Below are positions 19,539-29,381 of a stretch of 64,000 nt of DNA, piece by piece (the first letter of the stretch is position 1; each line of letters starts with the position of its first letter). Made by a program: the position numbers and the translations under genes. The DNA comes from Andalucia godoyi And28 (lineage: Eukaryota; Protista; Jakobida), in the NCBI GenBank assembly GCA_009859145.1, contig VRVR01000040.1, forward strand, positions 1 to 64,000, written 5' to 3'. The notes below the pieces were generated by a model. That model saw only the letters and a program-made list of their open reading frames with translations. It was not told where the DNA came from and searched no databases.

Positions 19539-22145
19539 TTAATCGTCGGTCACGTTCGGATGAACATCAATGAGCTCTTCGTCAACTTGCACGCCTTCAT
19601 CATCTTCGAGGCTCCTGAGTTGCTCTTCTCGCTGAGACTGGTTAAGGACAACGAGGACGTTATCATGGGAGATGCTGCGGGCAATGACCGCGCGCACAAC
19701 CGACGCTTCCGACGCAAGTTTATCCACCGAATCAAGCTTTTCACAACACTCTTCCAAATACCAATTGACCAGCAGCGTCTTCTTCTGGGCTCCCGCGGCT
19801 CGCAGGCGTGCGATGAGACGACGACGAATTTGCATATACGCTTCAAAGGATATCATGCGCTGGCGAACCGTTCGTACTTCCTGCTGAGGTTCTTCCACAT
19901 CTTCTGCGTCTCCATCAGACCCGTCGACCGCGGCATCCTCCGCTGTTCGATTACCAGTTCCAGTCTTGGTCGCAGACTCTGCGCCTGCAGATGCGTTCTC
20001 GCCCTCTGCGGATTCATCCACATCCATTCCGGTGGCCAGCTGCTCCTCGGTCGGTGCCAAATCTTCCAGTTCAACATCCTTGGACGTCACTTGGATGTTC
20101 GATTTCTGCAATAACCTTGCGGCTTCACGCACATACTGTGGACGAATAGACTCGTCAAGATACATCCTTGCAATTCCCTCGCTGAGACGAACGAGAGACT
20201 CGAGCTGTCGAACAGTATACCGGAACGACGTCTTCCCGTCCTTCAAAACATCCATTTGACGAAGAGTGCGGTACCGATCCACCAGCACCTTTGCCGCCTC
20301 TGTTGTGAAAATGGGCTTGATGGACCGCGCAAATTGTATGTACTTCTGCAACTGAACCTTTGAAAACGGAGGCTGTACTGTGGAAATTCGCGACTGGTGC
20401 AACCGCAGGATGTGGCGAGCAATCTGGTAGTCCGTTACTTCATCGCATTCATCCTCGACAACAAAGAACAGATCAAATCGAGACATGATAGCTGGAGTAA
20501 TACCGAGATTTGCCCGGAGAGACTTGCTACGATCGTACCGGCCACCAACTGGATTGGCAGCAGCGAGAATGGAAGTGCGTGCATTCAGCGTCGCCTGAAT
20601 GCCGGCCTTGGCAATCGAAATCGTTTGCTGCTCCATCGCTTCGTGAATCGCAACTTGATCTTTCAAATCCATCTTGTCAAACTCATCAATGCAGCAAATA
20701 CCATTATCTGCAAGCATCAGCGCACCAGCTTCAATGGCAAACTCTCCTGTTTCGGGATCTCGAACGACAGATGCTGTCAGACCTGCTGCCGAAGATGCCT
20801 TTCCCGACGTGTACACTGCACGAGGCAAGAACGACACCACGTACTTGAGAAACTGCGACTTGGCAGTCGAAGGGTCGCCTACAATGCACACGTTGATGTC
20901 GCCACGCAATTTCATTCCTTCTGGCGTTGTCTTGTTCACCCCACCGAACAACATGAGAAGAATCCCTCGTTTAATTTCCTGGTGCCCGTAGACAGTAGGG
21001 CAGACGGAATCCACGAGCTTTTCATACAGATCATCCATCGACCGCATCATGTCAATCTCTGCACGAGTATCCGCGGATGACTGGTCAAACATGTCGATAA
21101 CGGCATCTGCTGCGGAACCATCGGCGCCATTCATTGACGAGCCGTTTCCATCAGTATCAGTAGAGCGTACATCGATGACACCCACACGCGCATCGGCGGG
21201 CTGGCAAAACGACGCAAGAAAGACCATGTGATATGTCAGCTCTCGGACACCCAGTTGTCGAAGACCAGTCGCTCCTTCCATGTCTGCTCCGGGATTACGA
21301 GACATCATCGACGCACGCTCTCCCGGCCCTCCACGCGCTGCCAACGCACCAATGTCCGGCACGACAATCAGACATCCTGTGAAGAACGCCTTGTCTCCAG
21401 GTTTGACCTTCTCCACCAGGTCATTTCGAATGATGATCTCCATCGACCGCGGCATCGCACCGGAAGGAACTTCAGAAGAATTCTCCTGCACACGAACGCG
21501 CTGAAAGTCCACAAACACTGACCGCTCCATGTCAAGCTGCCAAAGCGCCCGGTTGGCACACAGCTGATTCCTGCAAACTGCAGGCTCCGTGTACAGAAAC
21601 TGCTGCTCGACGAGTTCTGATTCATGCCCGCAGGCGCCACATCGGAATTTTCCAAAAAGCAGCTCCGGGCGAACCTCTGAAGTGCGCGTAACAGTTCCGG
21701 AGATGCAAACGAGTCTTCCCAAGTGATTCGTTTTGCAATCTCGGACTTTGGACAAGAGAGGCAGATTGCGAATCGCAACGTAGATTTCTCGATTTGGGTC
21801 GATTTCAGAAGGCTGGACATGTTCATTCACGACGATGCGAGCAGCCCTTCGCAGTGCAGGCTCAAATCGAAAGTACTCTGCCTCCAGTGTATCCGCCAAA
21901 ACATGATCAAACGACTGGATATGCATGAAATCGACATGCACCGTCGTCGTATCCTTTGCCGCCATTGCTCGGATTTGCGATACATACATTGGTCCAAATG
22001 CATGAGGATCGGTCGTGGGATCCGACGGCGTCGCATGCGTACGACTAAGGCCGTTTCCAGACAACGACGCCCCGACATCATGCGAATACGTCTTTAGAAA
22101 CTCTTCAAACAGCTGCTGAACGCGCTGAAAAGACGGATCCGTCAT
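19539..22145 (-). CDS. MCM6: DNA replication licensing factor MCM6
   Basis: GDPSTAKSQFLK, IDEFDKM, AANPVGGRYD, SRFDL, zinc finger C..C...C....C, and the MCM6-type FTGCLIVVPD...GLRQLGVRELTY. Confidence 0.95.
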   Translation of the reverse strand: MTDPSFQRVQQLFEEFLKTYSHDVGASLSGNGLSRTHATPSDPTTDPHAFGPMYVSQIRAMAAKDTTTVHVDFMHIQSFDHVLADTLEAEYFRFEPALRRAARIVVNEHVQPSEIDPNREIYVAIRNLPLLSKVRDCKTNHLGRLVCISGTVTRTSEVRPELLFGKFRCGACGHESELVEQQFLYTEPAVCRNQLCANRALWQLDMERSVFVDFQRVRVQENSSEVPSGAMPRSMEIIIRNDLVEKVKPGDKAFFTGCLIVVPDIGALAARGGPGERASMMSRNPGADMEGATGLRQLGVRELTYHMVFLASFCQPADARVGVIDVRSTDTDGNGSSMNGADGSAADAVIDMFDQSSADTRAEIDMMRSMDDLYEKLVDSVCPTVYGHQEIKRGILLMLFGGVNKTTPEGMKLRGDINVCIVGDPSTAKSQFLKYVVSFLPRAVYTSGKASSAAGLTASVVRDPETGEFAIEAGALMLADNGICCIDEFDKMDLKDQVAIHEAMEQQTISIAKAGIQATLNARTSILAAANPVGGRYDRSKSLRANLGITPAIMSRFDLFFVVEDECDEVTDYQIARHILRLHQSRISTVQPPFSKVQLQKYIQFARSIKPIFTTEAAKVLVDRYRTLRQMDVLKDGKTSFRYTVRQLESLVRLSEGIARMYLDESIRPQYVREAARLLQKSNIQVTSKDVELEDLAPTEEQLATGMDVDESAEGENASAGAESATKTGTGNRTAEDAAVDGSDGDAEDVEEPQQEVRTVRQRMISFEAYMQIRRRLIARLRAAGAQKKTLLVNWYLEECCEKLDSVDKLASEASVVRAVIARSISHDNVLVVLNQSQREEQLRSLEDDEGVQVDEELIDVHPNVTDD

Positions 22146-22760
22146 TGTTTAAAACAACAAAATAGAAAGAACAAGAACAAAATAATAAAAATAAAAACAC
22201 CACGACAAAAAAGAAAGAGCAGAAAGAATGGAAAGCGAGAGATCCACAACAAGACGAAAAACTGTAGCACTTCTCAAAGAATGATTACAATAAATAATTT
22301 TTAAAAACTTACTTTTATATTTATAAAAAAGAAGCTGTTTAATCAAAACAGCTAAAGAAGAGAACAGAGAAGGAGGAAGCAAAGGAGGCCTGAGCCTTTG
22401 GGACTATGGAGGAACCATTAGTTTCGCAGGATCAATGACTGATGGGAGAGTTTTCCCGCGGAATGCAGCAAATGGGGGCGGGGGAAGGGTGAGTAGCACA
22501 ATACAAAAATGGACGCTCGAGGGTTTTGGGTTTTCTTACAGTCGCCAGTCTGCTCATTTATTTTATTTTTTTTAATAAAAAGGTCCGTCCAAAACTTGAA
22601 AATGATTTTTTTCAATTGCATGGCTTTTTTCATCTTGCAACGTTCCGATTTCTGACGGACGCACTCCCAAAGTCGGGTACGTTAATCAGGAATTTCTTAC
22701 TTGTATCGTTGGTTTTGTTCTTTTTATTTTAAGTTCTAAATCGAGGTGGAAAGCATCGGG

Positions 22761-24176
22761 ATGGATTCCTCGAATTCGCGGCGTCGGTCACGCCAGACAG
22801 TCGCCTTTGTTGGACGTCCATCGGAGTTCCAACCGCGTGCCAGTAGCTCATCATCATCATCATCATCATCATCATCTCCAAATTCCTCCGTCAGCCCAAT
22901 GAATTCGGGAACGGCGTCTGCATTTGCCCCGGGGCTTTCTCTTTCGGCACTGGATGGAGGCCCCGGTCCTTTTAGAAACCATTCTTCGACGGCTCTAGAT
23001 CAGCCCGTTTCGACGCCTTCCAAACCGACCACTCGCCCAGCTTCTGCAAGCACAGCGAGCATTCCTCCTTTCCAGCCGCGTCCTTCCCATTCTTCGAATT
23101 CGTCGTCATCGTCTTCCGGTTCAGCTTTGTTTCCGATGTCAAATGCGACGACCGAACAGCGGTCGTCAGTGACTCCGAGTGGATCGGCTGGCGGCGGACA
23201 TTCTCGGCAAGAGCCGACCGGTTCACGTCGGCTCCTCACAGAAGCAGAAGAGAATGCATCTCCAACGGCGAAAATCTCACCTTCGAAGTGGTCTGCTGCG
23301 AACATCCCGGAACTAAGACCACCGACTCCAGAAGAAGACGTGTTTCTCGCAAAGCTGGATTTGTCGCAGAGCTACAATGAAAAAAAGAATGCACTTTTGA
23401 ATGGTGCTCAGACAGCAGGCAATACCAGTTCTCCTACGCGATCTGACTACTCCAGCGGCTTCGGAGAGTCGATAAATCAAGAGAGTTCTGTCAGCAATTC
23501 TGTGAAACCGCTGCTCATCTCTGCGTATAGAAAAGCGAATAATTCGGAGCCGCTGTCAAGTGAGGCCAAGTCCAGCGCTTCCAAATCAACGTTTGACTCG
23601 TCAAAGTACATTCTTTCGTATTCAAAATCGAGAGCGTCGCAACCTCCTGCGAGCACTCCGTCTTCGATGACTCCGATGTCGATGGCTGCACATCCGCAGA
23701 ACAGCTTCTCGTGGTCGTCGAGCTCTGGCAGCGGATCCAAGCAAAATGGGACGACTGCGCAGAACGTTGCCAATGTGCCGACGACGAGCACAAAAAGACC
23801 CCTGTCTGCCGCAGCGGCATTGCCTAGCTCTCAGAGTGCGAGTGTGCTGGACGACCGCGTTGTGCGTGATCTGAAAAGCATGTGGGAATATTCGGTCCTG
23901 GTGCCATCGAAGCCGCAGAAACCGATCCAGGCGCTATCAGAACTTCTTGGAAGCTCCACAGACATTGGGTCTCACTCTTATACGTTTTCGGTTCGACCAT
24001 CGCTCATGGATGAAATGCTCGAGGAGCCTGAAGAACCATTGTTTTTTGACTCGATCATCAAGGCAATGCAAATGCGAGGAATCGTCTTGCCGCAGAAGCC
24101 ACTGCTTCCTCCGCGCCCTGCTAGTATGACCGAGGCTCGATATTGGGAACTTGTCCACAAGCATATTAAACTATGA
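22761..24176 (+). CDS. Ser/Pro-rich hypothetical protein
   Basis: Long low-complexity ORF (first ATG 22761) with a more ordered C-terminal ~110 aa. Confidence 0.65.
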   Translation: MDSSNSRRRSRQTVAFVGRPSEFQPRASSSSSSSSSSSSPNSSVSPMNSGTASAFAPGLSLSALDGGPGPFRNHSSTALDQPVSTPSKPTTRPASASTASIPPFQPRPSHSSNSSSSSSGSALFPMSNATTEQRSSVTPSGSAGGGHSRQEPTGSRRLLTEAEENASPTAKISPSKWSAANIPELRPPTPEEDVFLAKLDLSQSYNEKKNALLNGAQTAGNTSSPTRSDYSSGFGESINQESSVSNSVKPLLISAYRKANNSEPLSSEAKSSASKSTFDSSKYILSYSKSRASQPPASTPSSMTPMSMAAHPQNSFSWSSSSGSGSKQNGTTAQNVANVPTTSTKRPLSAAAALPSSQSASVLDDRVVRDLKSMWEYSVLVPSKPQKPIQALSELLGSSTDIGSHSYTFSVRPSLMDEMLEEPEEPLFFDSIIKAMQMRGIVLPQKPLLPPRPASMTEARYWELVHKHIKL

Positions 24177-24454
24177 AATGGTTGTGTCGTTGGTTTTCCA
24201 ATCGCACCTAAACACTGCTTTTGATATACGGTATTTGTTTCGTTTCGTTTCGTTTCGTTTCTGACAATATTTGGAACCAGAAAAACGAGCGCTCTGAGGA
24301 TACGTACGTACGTTCCTTTGTTATTTGTCAATTCTCTTGAATGAAACAGCCCTCATTTTATTATTATTATTATTGTTATATTTTTCCGTCCTCAGTTGTC
24401 TGCAGTCTGTGGTTTCATTCTTCACGGAACGGAGGCAAGACTTGTTCGATTGTA

Positions 24455-24847
24455 CGCCTACATTATACACCGAGCATGCAACTGGAGATACGAGAGGAAG
24501 AGGCGGTAGGCGTAGTGACACGTGGTCTCTTAGGAGGTCTGCGGGACCTAGGAGGCCCTGTATCGAGCGGCGTAGGCGCAGGCGAATGCGTCATCCTAGC
24601 GCACTCACGCCCATATGCGAATTAAAAAGAGTGAAACCAACGAATGATAGAATAGATGGCTATGGATGCTGCGTTAAAGAGTGTCGAAAATACAGAGCTT
24701 GTGCCACCGGCTGAATTCTGGCCGAGCGCGCGTAAGCACGAATTCCCCTGTGAAGCAAACGTGCTAGTGTTGGCCAGTGTCGACCGTGTCCGTTCATGTA
24801 TACTTCCTTCCGTATGCATGACAATGACGTGTCATTATTCAACTGTA
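24455..24847 (-). mobile_element. non-autonomous Fanzor2-derived element (copy B, scaffold deleted)
   Basis: Colinear homology to 4181-4689: left ~120 nt, AACGAATGATAG...ATGGCTA, GCCTCTTCCTCTCGTA.CTCCAG.TGCAT, and the right end TAATGTAGGCG. Confidence 0.75.
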
Positions 24848-25115
24848 CTACAGTACTGGCACACTGGATGGTCCGCATTATTATTACATTTTTCTCCTTT
24901 TCGAAACCATGGAACTTCGTTTCTGCTGTTTTTTCTCTTTTCAGCTCTAATTTCATTCTTCACTTTGCCCGCTCTCCATTGCCATATTTCGATGCATAGT
25001 GTTACATACTTACTTGCACTCTAGGATAGGAAAGACGTTGTTCAGCACCTCATTTCGACGACTTCATCGGGTAAGTTCCCACGTTTCTCCATCACTGTTT
25101 TCTCCGTTTCGCGCA

Positions 25116-26603
25116 ATGTCGACGACGTCTGCGTCGTTTGATTACGACTTGATTGTCATTGGCGGCGGCTCTGGAGGTCTTGCGGCAGCCAAGGAAGCGG
25201 CGGCGCTTGGGGCAAAGACTGCGCTCCTGGACTTTGTCAAGCCCTCTCCTCATGGAAGCACATGGGGTCTTGGCGGCACCTGTGTGAATGTGGGCTGCAT
25301 TCCAAAGAAGCTGTATCATCAAGCGGCGCTGTTCAAGAAGAGCTTTGAAGATGCGCGTGCCTTCGGGCATAAGGTCCCCGAACAGGTGGAGCACTCCTGG
25401 CAAGAACTGTACTATGCAGTTCGTGACCATATCGGCTCGCTGAACTTTGGGTATCGCACGCAACTTCGTGAAAAAGGTGTCGAGTACATCAATGCGTACG
25501 GCTCGTTCAAGGATTCACACACGATTGACTGTGTGGACAGAAAAGGAAAGTCAAAGCTGATTACCGGGAAGAACATCTTGATTGCTGTCGGAGGGCGACC
25601 GAATCAACTGGGAATTCCGGGCGGAGAGCTTGCGATATCGTCCGATGACATCTTTTTGAGAGAGGAATCGCCGGGGAAGACACTCGTTATTGGTGCCTCG
25701 TATGTTGCTCTGGAATGCGCGGGCTTCTTGACGGGGCTTGGGTACGACACTTCGTTGATGGTTCGCTCCATCTTCTTGCGCGGCTTCGATCAACAAATTG
25801 CAGAGATGATTGGGGAGTACATGGCAGAAGAAGGCACGCGAATCCTGAGAAATTCAGTTCCCGAGAAGATTGAAAAACTGGAGAACGGAAAGCTAAAGGT
25901 GACTTGGAAACGTAAGATGGGGGATTTCGACCTGGGGTCGGACGAAGACGTTTTCGACACAGTGCTTGCTGCGGTTGGCCGTGTGCCCTTCACAGAGGGT
26001 CTGCAGTTGAACAACGCCGGCGTCGCGTTCTCTGAGTTTTCCAAACATGTGATCGTCGATGAGCATGAAAAGACGTCGGTGGACCATATTTACGCCATCG
26101 GAGATTGCATCAAGGGGGGCTTGGAACTCACGCCGGTCGCCATCATGACTGGACGACTTCTTGCACGACGTCTTTTTGCCGGATCCCAGCAAAAGATGGA
26201 CTACTCCAATGTTGCAACGGCTGTGTTCACTCCGATTGAGTACGGAGCCGTCGGTCTCTCGGAGGAGGCAGCAGAGTCCAAGTTTGGAGCGGCGGATCTC
26301 GAGGTCTATCATTCGTATTTCCAGCCTCTCGAATATACCGTGCCGCACCGTCCGGAAAACAAATGCTATGCGAAAGTCGTTTGCGTGAAGAGCCAGAATA
26401 ACCGTGTGGTGGGGATGCACATTCTCTCGCCGAATGCTGGTGAAATCATCCAGGGGTACGCAGTGGGAATCAAGATGGGCATGACCAAGGACGATCTGGA
26501 CCGCACCGTCGGTATCCACCCAACAGTCACAGAGGAGTTCACCACAATGGCGATTACGAAGGGCTCCGGTGTGGATGCTCGAAAGTCTGGCTGCTGAGGC
26601 TAA
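25116..26603 (+). CDS. TXNRD: high-Mr thioredoxin reductase, selenoprotein (C-terminal GCUG)
   Basis: IGGGSGGLA, GGTCVNVGCIPKK and IGIHPT-type motifs. The end reads GGC TGC TGA GGC TAA (G-C-U-G-stop), with UGA at 26595-26597 and a SECIS downstream. Confidence 0.95.
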
Positions 26604-26874
26604 GCCTGCGGATCGATGATCGCGATCGAAGGTCGTGTCGAACCGTGCAGTAGGCTGAATTTAATTTTCTTTTTTAAATTTGTCTTTTTGCAGGTCGATG
26701 GGGTGGAGGAGGGACTCGGTCGCGATGATCCGCAGGTTTTCTGTCGGCGGCTTCGCCGAATCATGTTTATCTATTGCAAGACTGAAGCAGAGAGTGCGGA
26801 CCTGTGTGTCCCGCAAATCTCTACATTTTGTGGACCATCTCAATTTTTTGCAATTTTGTCCTGGTCCGTTGTTT

Positions 26875-26917
26875 ATGAATCAATTCACTGAAACGCTCTG
26901 CGTTGTGTTTTGATGAT
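26875..26917 (+). promoter_or_regulatory. SECIS element (form 2)
   Basis: AUGA-aucaauucacug-AAA-cgc-ucu-gcg-uuguguuuugau-GA. Helix II pairs aucaa/uugau and cac/gug; 12 nt separate AUGA from AAA; mini-helix III is cgc/gcg. Confidence 0.85.
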
Positions 26918-27596
26918 GCGCTTCACTTGCCTTAGCATCAGTAAATTTTTGGATTGTGCTACGCTGCAGTGCTTTTTTTTCTCCCTCCCTCCTTCCTCCC
27001 CCAACACTTCCGTTTTGCTAAACCAGCCTCCTCGGATTTCCACCGCTGGCCAAAACACGAATCATTATTGGTCATCATCGGCTAAGCTGTCACCGACGAC
27101 AGATCCAATTTGGGGCGAACACCAACTCTTCAATGCAGACTGCTCTGCATCAAAGGGTCATCGCTTCGTCTTGCTCTCCGCCTCCGACGAGACGGGATCA
27201 ACGGGTTTCTTTGTTCTCGCTATCCTCGGGCATGGCCGGTTTGCGTATGTCGGAAAGACCTCTCTTCGAATCCATGAGATGATTTGTCTTTGATGAAAGG
27301 CGCTGCTTGAGCGTTCGATTACGAAAAACACAAACAGAAAAAAAGAAAAAGAAAAAAATTGAAATCGAAAGAAGGAAATGGTGTAGAATGAAGAATGAAG
27401 AAATTCTGGATAAGAAATCTTTGTGCTGGTGAAAAAAGCTCTCGATACGATATTGTTTGCTCAACATTGCTACGCAAAAACGGTCATCCGTTTCATTTTT
27501 ACTATTTTATTCTATTATTTATTTGTTAGTTTGTATATTTAAATTCTTCTTATTTTTTATCTAAGTTTTCCTTGTTCATTTGTCTGCTGCAAGGAT

Positions 27597-28868
27597 ATGA
27601 AGGTCGCTCGGGTTGCAGTTTACAGCGCTGTGTTTTCTGTGCTGTGGGCACTGTCTACTGCGGCGCCAACCGTGATTGGCAACTACTCGTACACGTATGC
27701 CATGCCCCTGAATGTGGTGTATTCTTCAGCCGGGTCCGCCATGGTGTCCGGCATCACCTTGAACAATCCTCGTGCCGCGGTTGCCGTTGACGTGAACAGC
27801 GGAAAAGTCACTTGGAACGTGTCCAATGCTGGCGATGTGTTTGTCGCCGCGCCGAAAACCGCGTCTGCGCCGATCGTTGCGCTGTACGACATGGATTATG
27901 ACGCAACGGGCCTCACTGTTCGATTGGTCAATGCTATTCACGGAAAGACCGAATGGTCATACGTGATTGGAAAGTCCGAGGTCGAACCGGGTGATCAGCA
28001 CGTCGTGTTCGCTGCAAACGCACCCGTGTTTGCCGTGCTGACGAACGTCCTGGACTTTGGCGACGGTGCTTATGGACTGGTCCGCATCTTCAAGACGGAT
28101 TTCTCGAATCCGTCCCAAACCGTTCTGCTGGCAAATGTTTCTCTGCCGCACTTGGACAACGCAGTCTCAATGGCAATTTCCGATGACGGTAGAACCGTGC
28201 TTGTCATGTCTGTCGTGGAATCGGCCAAGTCGTATGTCACGTACATCCGGACAATCCGGGATGGAAAGCTGGTCCCGGAAGCGACTGTGACGACAACGGC
28301 CACTCCCGGTGGAGCGTTCTGTGCATCCCCAGACGGTAATCGGTTTGCAATTGGATTCGACACCTTCTTTGCGTTTCAGCGAAAGACCGGAAGCATGGAG
28401 TTCGAGCAAGTGTGGGCAATGACAGAGCACGAGCTTTGTACAGTCTGTGCGTACTCTGCGGACTCGATCACACTTGGCCTCGGGTTGACGGATGATTCGG
28501 TTTCCTCCATTACGGTTGAGCTGTGGAATGCCAAGCAGGCCCCGTACGCAAAGACCTCCGCTTTTGTAGCGAAGGACGACACCGGATCCTTCGAAGACCA
28601 GATCAGCGGTCTCCAGTTCTCTGACGACGGAGCTTTGGTTGCCGTCTCTTCGTGGGGCCATGCCTCAGCAACAGTCCCCACGGTTCGAGTGCTTGCAACA
28701 ACGCCAACCGCAATGACCGTCGAAATGGAGGGCGTGACTCCAGGATCGATGTTCGGCGTCGCAGTTGCCAAGCGACACGATGGAAAGCACGTCGTTGGCG
28801 TCGTTGGCAAATCGGTGCATGCGAACGTCATGGGCTACGGCGGACAAATTACGCTTTTCGAATTCTGA
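27597..28868 (+). CDS. secreted beta-propeller-like protein
   Basis: Signal peptide MKVARVAVYSAVFSVLWALSTA, and repeated propeller-like motifs (SMAISDDGRTV, ASPDGNRF, YSADSITL, QFSDDGALV). Confidence 0.75.
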   Translation: MKVARVAVYSAVFSVLWALSTAAPTVIGNYSYTYAMPLNVVYSSAGSAMVSGITLNNPRAAVAVDVNSGKVTWNVSNAGDVFVAAPKTASAPIVALYDMDYDATGLTVRLVNAIHGKTEWSYVIGKSEVEPGDQHVVFAANAPVFAVLTNVLDFGDGAYGLVRIFKTDFSNPSQTVLLANVSLPHLDNAVSMAISDDGRTVLVMSVVESAKSYVTYIRTIRDGKLVPEATVTTTATPGGAFCASPDGNRFAIGFDTFFAFQRKTGSMEFEQVWAMTEHELCTVCAYSADSITLGLGLTDDSVSSITVELWNAKQAPYAKTSAFVAKDDTGSFEDQISGLQFSDDGALVAVSSWGHASATVPTVRVLATTPTAMTVEMEGVTPGSMFGVAVAKRHDGKHVVGVVGKSVHANVMGYGGQITLFEF

Positions 28869-29279
28869 AGATGATTTTATTATTATTTTTTATATGAAAA
28901 GAATACTAGGAGGTTGAAAAAGACTGAAGAACATTACGTAAAAAACCTAGTGTCGCCTTAATCCTTAACGAATTACTCCTTCTTCTTCAATTAGTTCGTC
29001 GATCCGTTCAATATGTGTTGAAAGAGGCAGAGATGCGTCCAAACTCCTGGGGTTCATACCTCACGAGTCTCACGAACTTCACGAGCCTCGTTCGCTCAGC
29101 GATGATAACCTCTTGGTCCGTCCGTCGTAGCTGAGTGGGCGGTTTCATCTTGTACGCTGTCTTCTTCCTTCAATACCGTGCAAGGTCATTGCATTCATGA
29201 ACCGATTGATCGCTATTCTCTTCATTCTCCTGAATCCAGTACTGCAGCCATACGCGACACGTACGAGAATTGGAGTCTA

Positions 29280-29336
29280 CATCCATCCATCCATCCATCC
29301 ATCCATCCATCCATCCATCCATCCATCCATCCATCC
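29280..29336 (+). repeat. (CATC)n microsatellite grading into (CGTC)n
   Basis: Visible tandem array. Confidence 0.9.
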
Positions 29337-29381
29337 GTCCGTCCGTCCGTCCGTCTTTTGTTTCTTTCCCCGTTTGCGTCC

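Noticed and set aside
26841-26858. AATTTTTTG Sm-site-like word
   Set aside because: It lies in the TrxR 3'UTR with no snRNA signature (no U2, U4 or U5 motifs) upstream.
26909-26966. TGATGA box C-like motif (C/D snoRNA)
   Set aside because: It overlaps the SECIS 3' arm and there is no properly placed CTGA D box.
29045-29062. GGTTCATACC resembling a tRNA T-loop/B box
   Set aside because: It deviates from the GTTCRANNC consensus and no cloverleaf can be formed.
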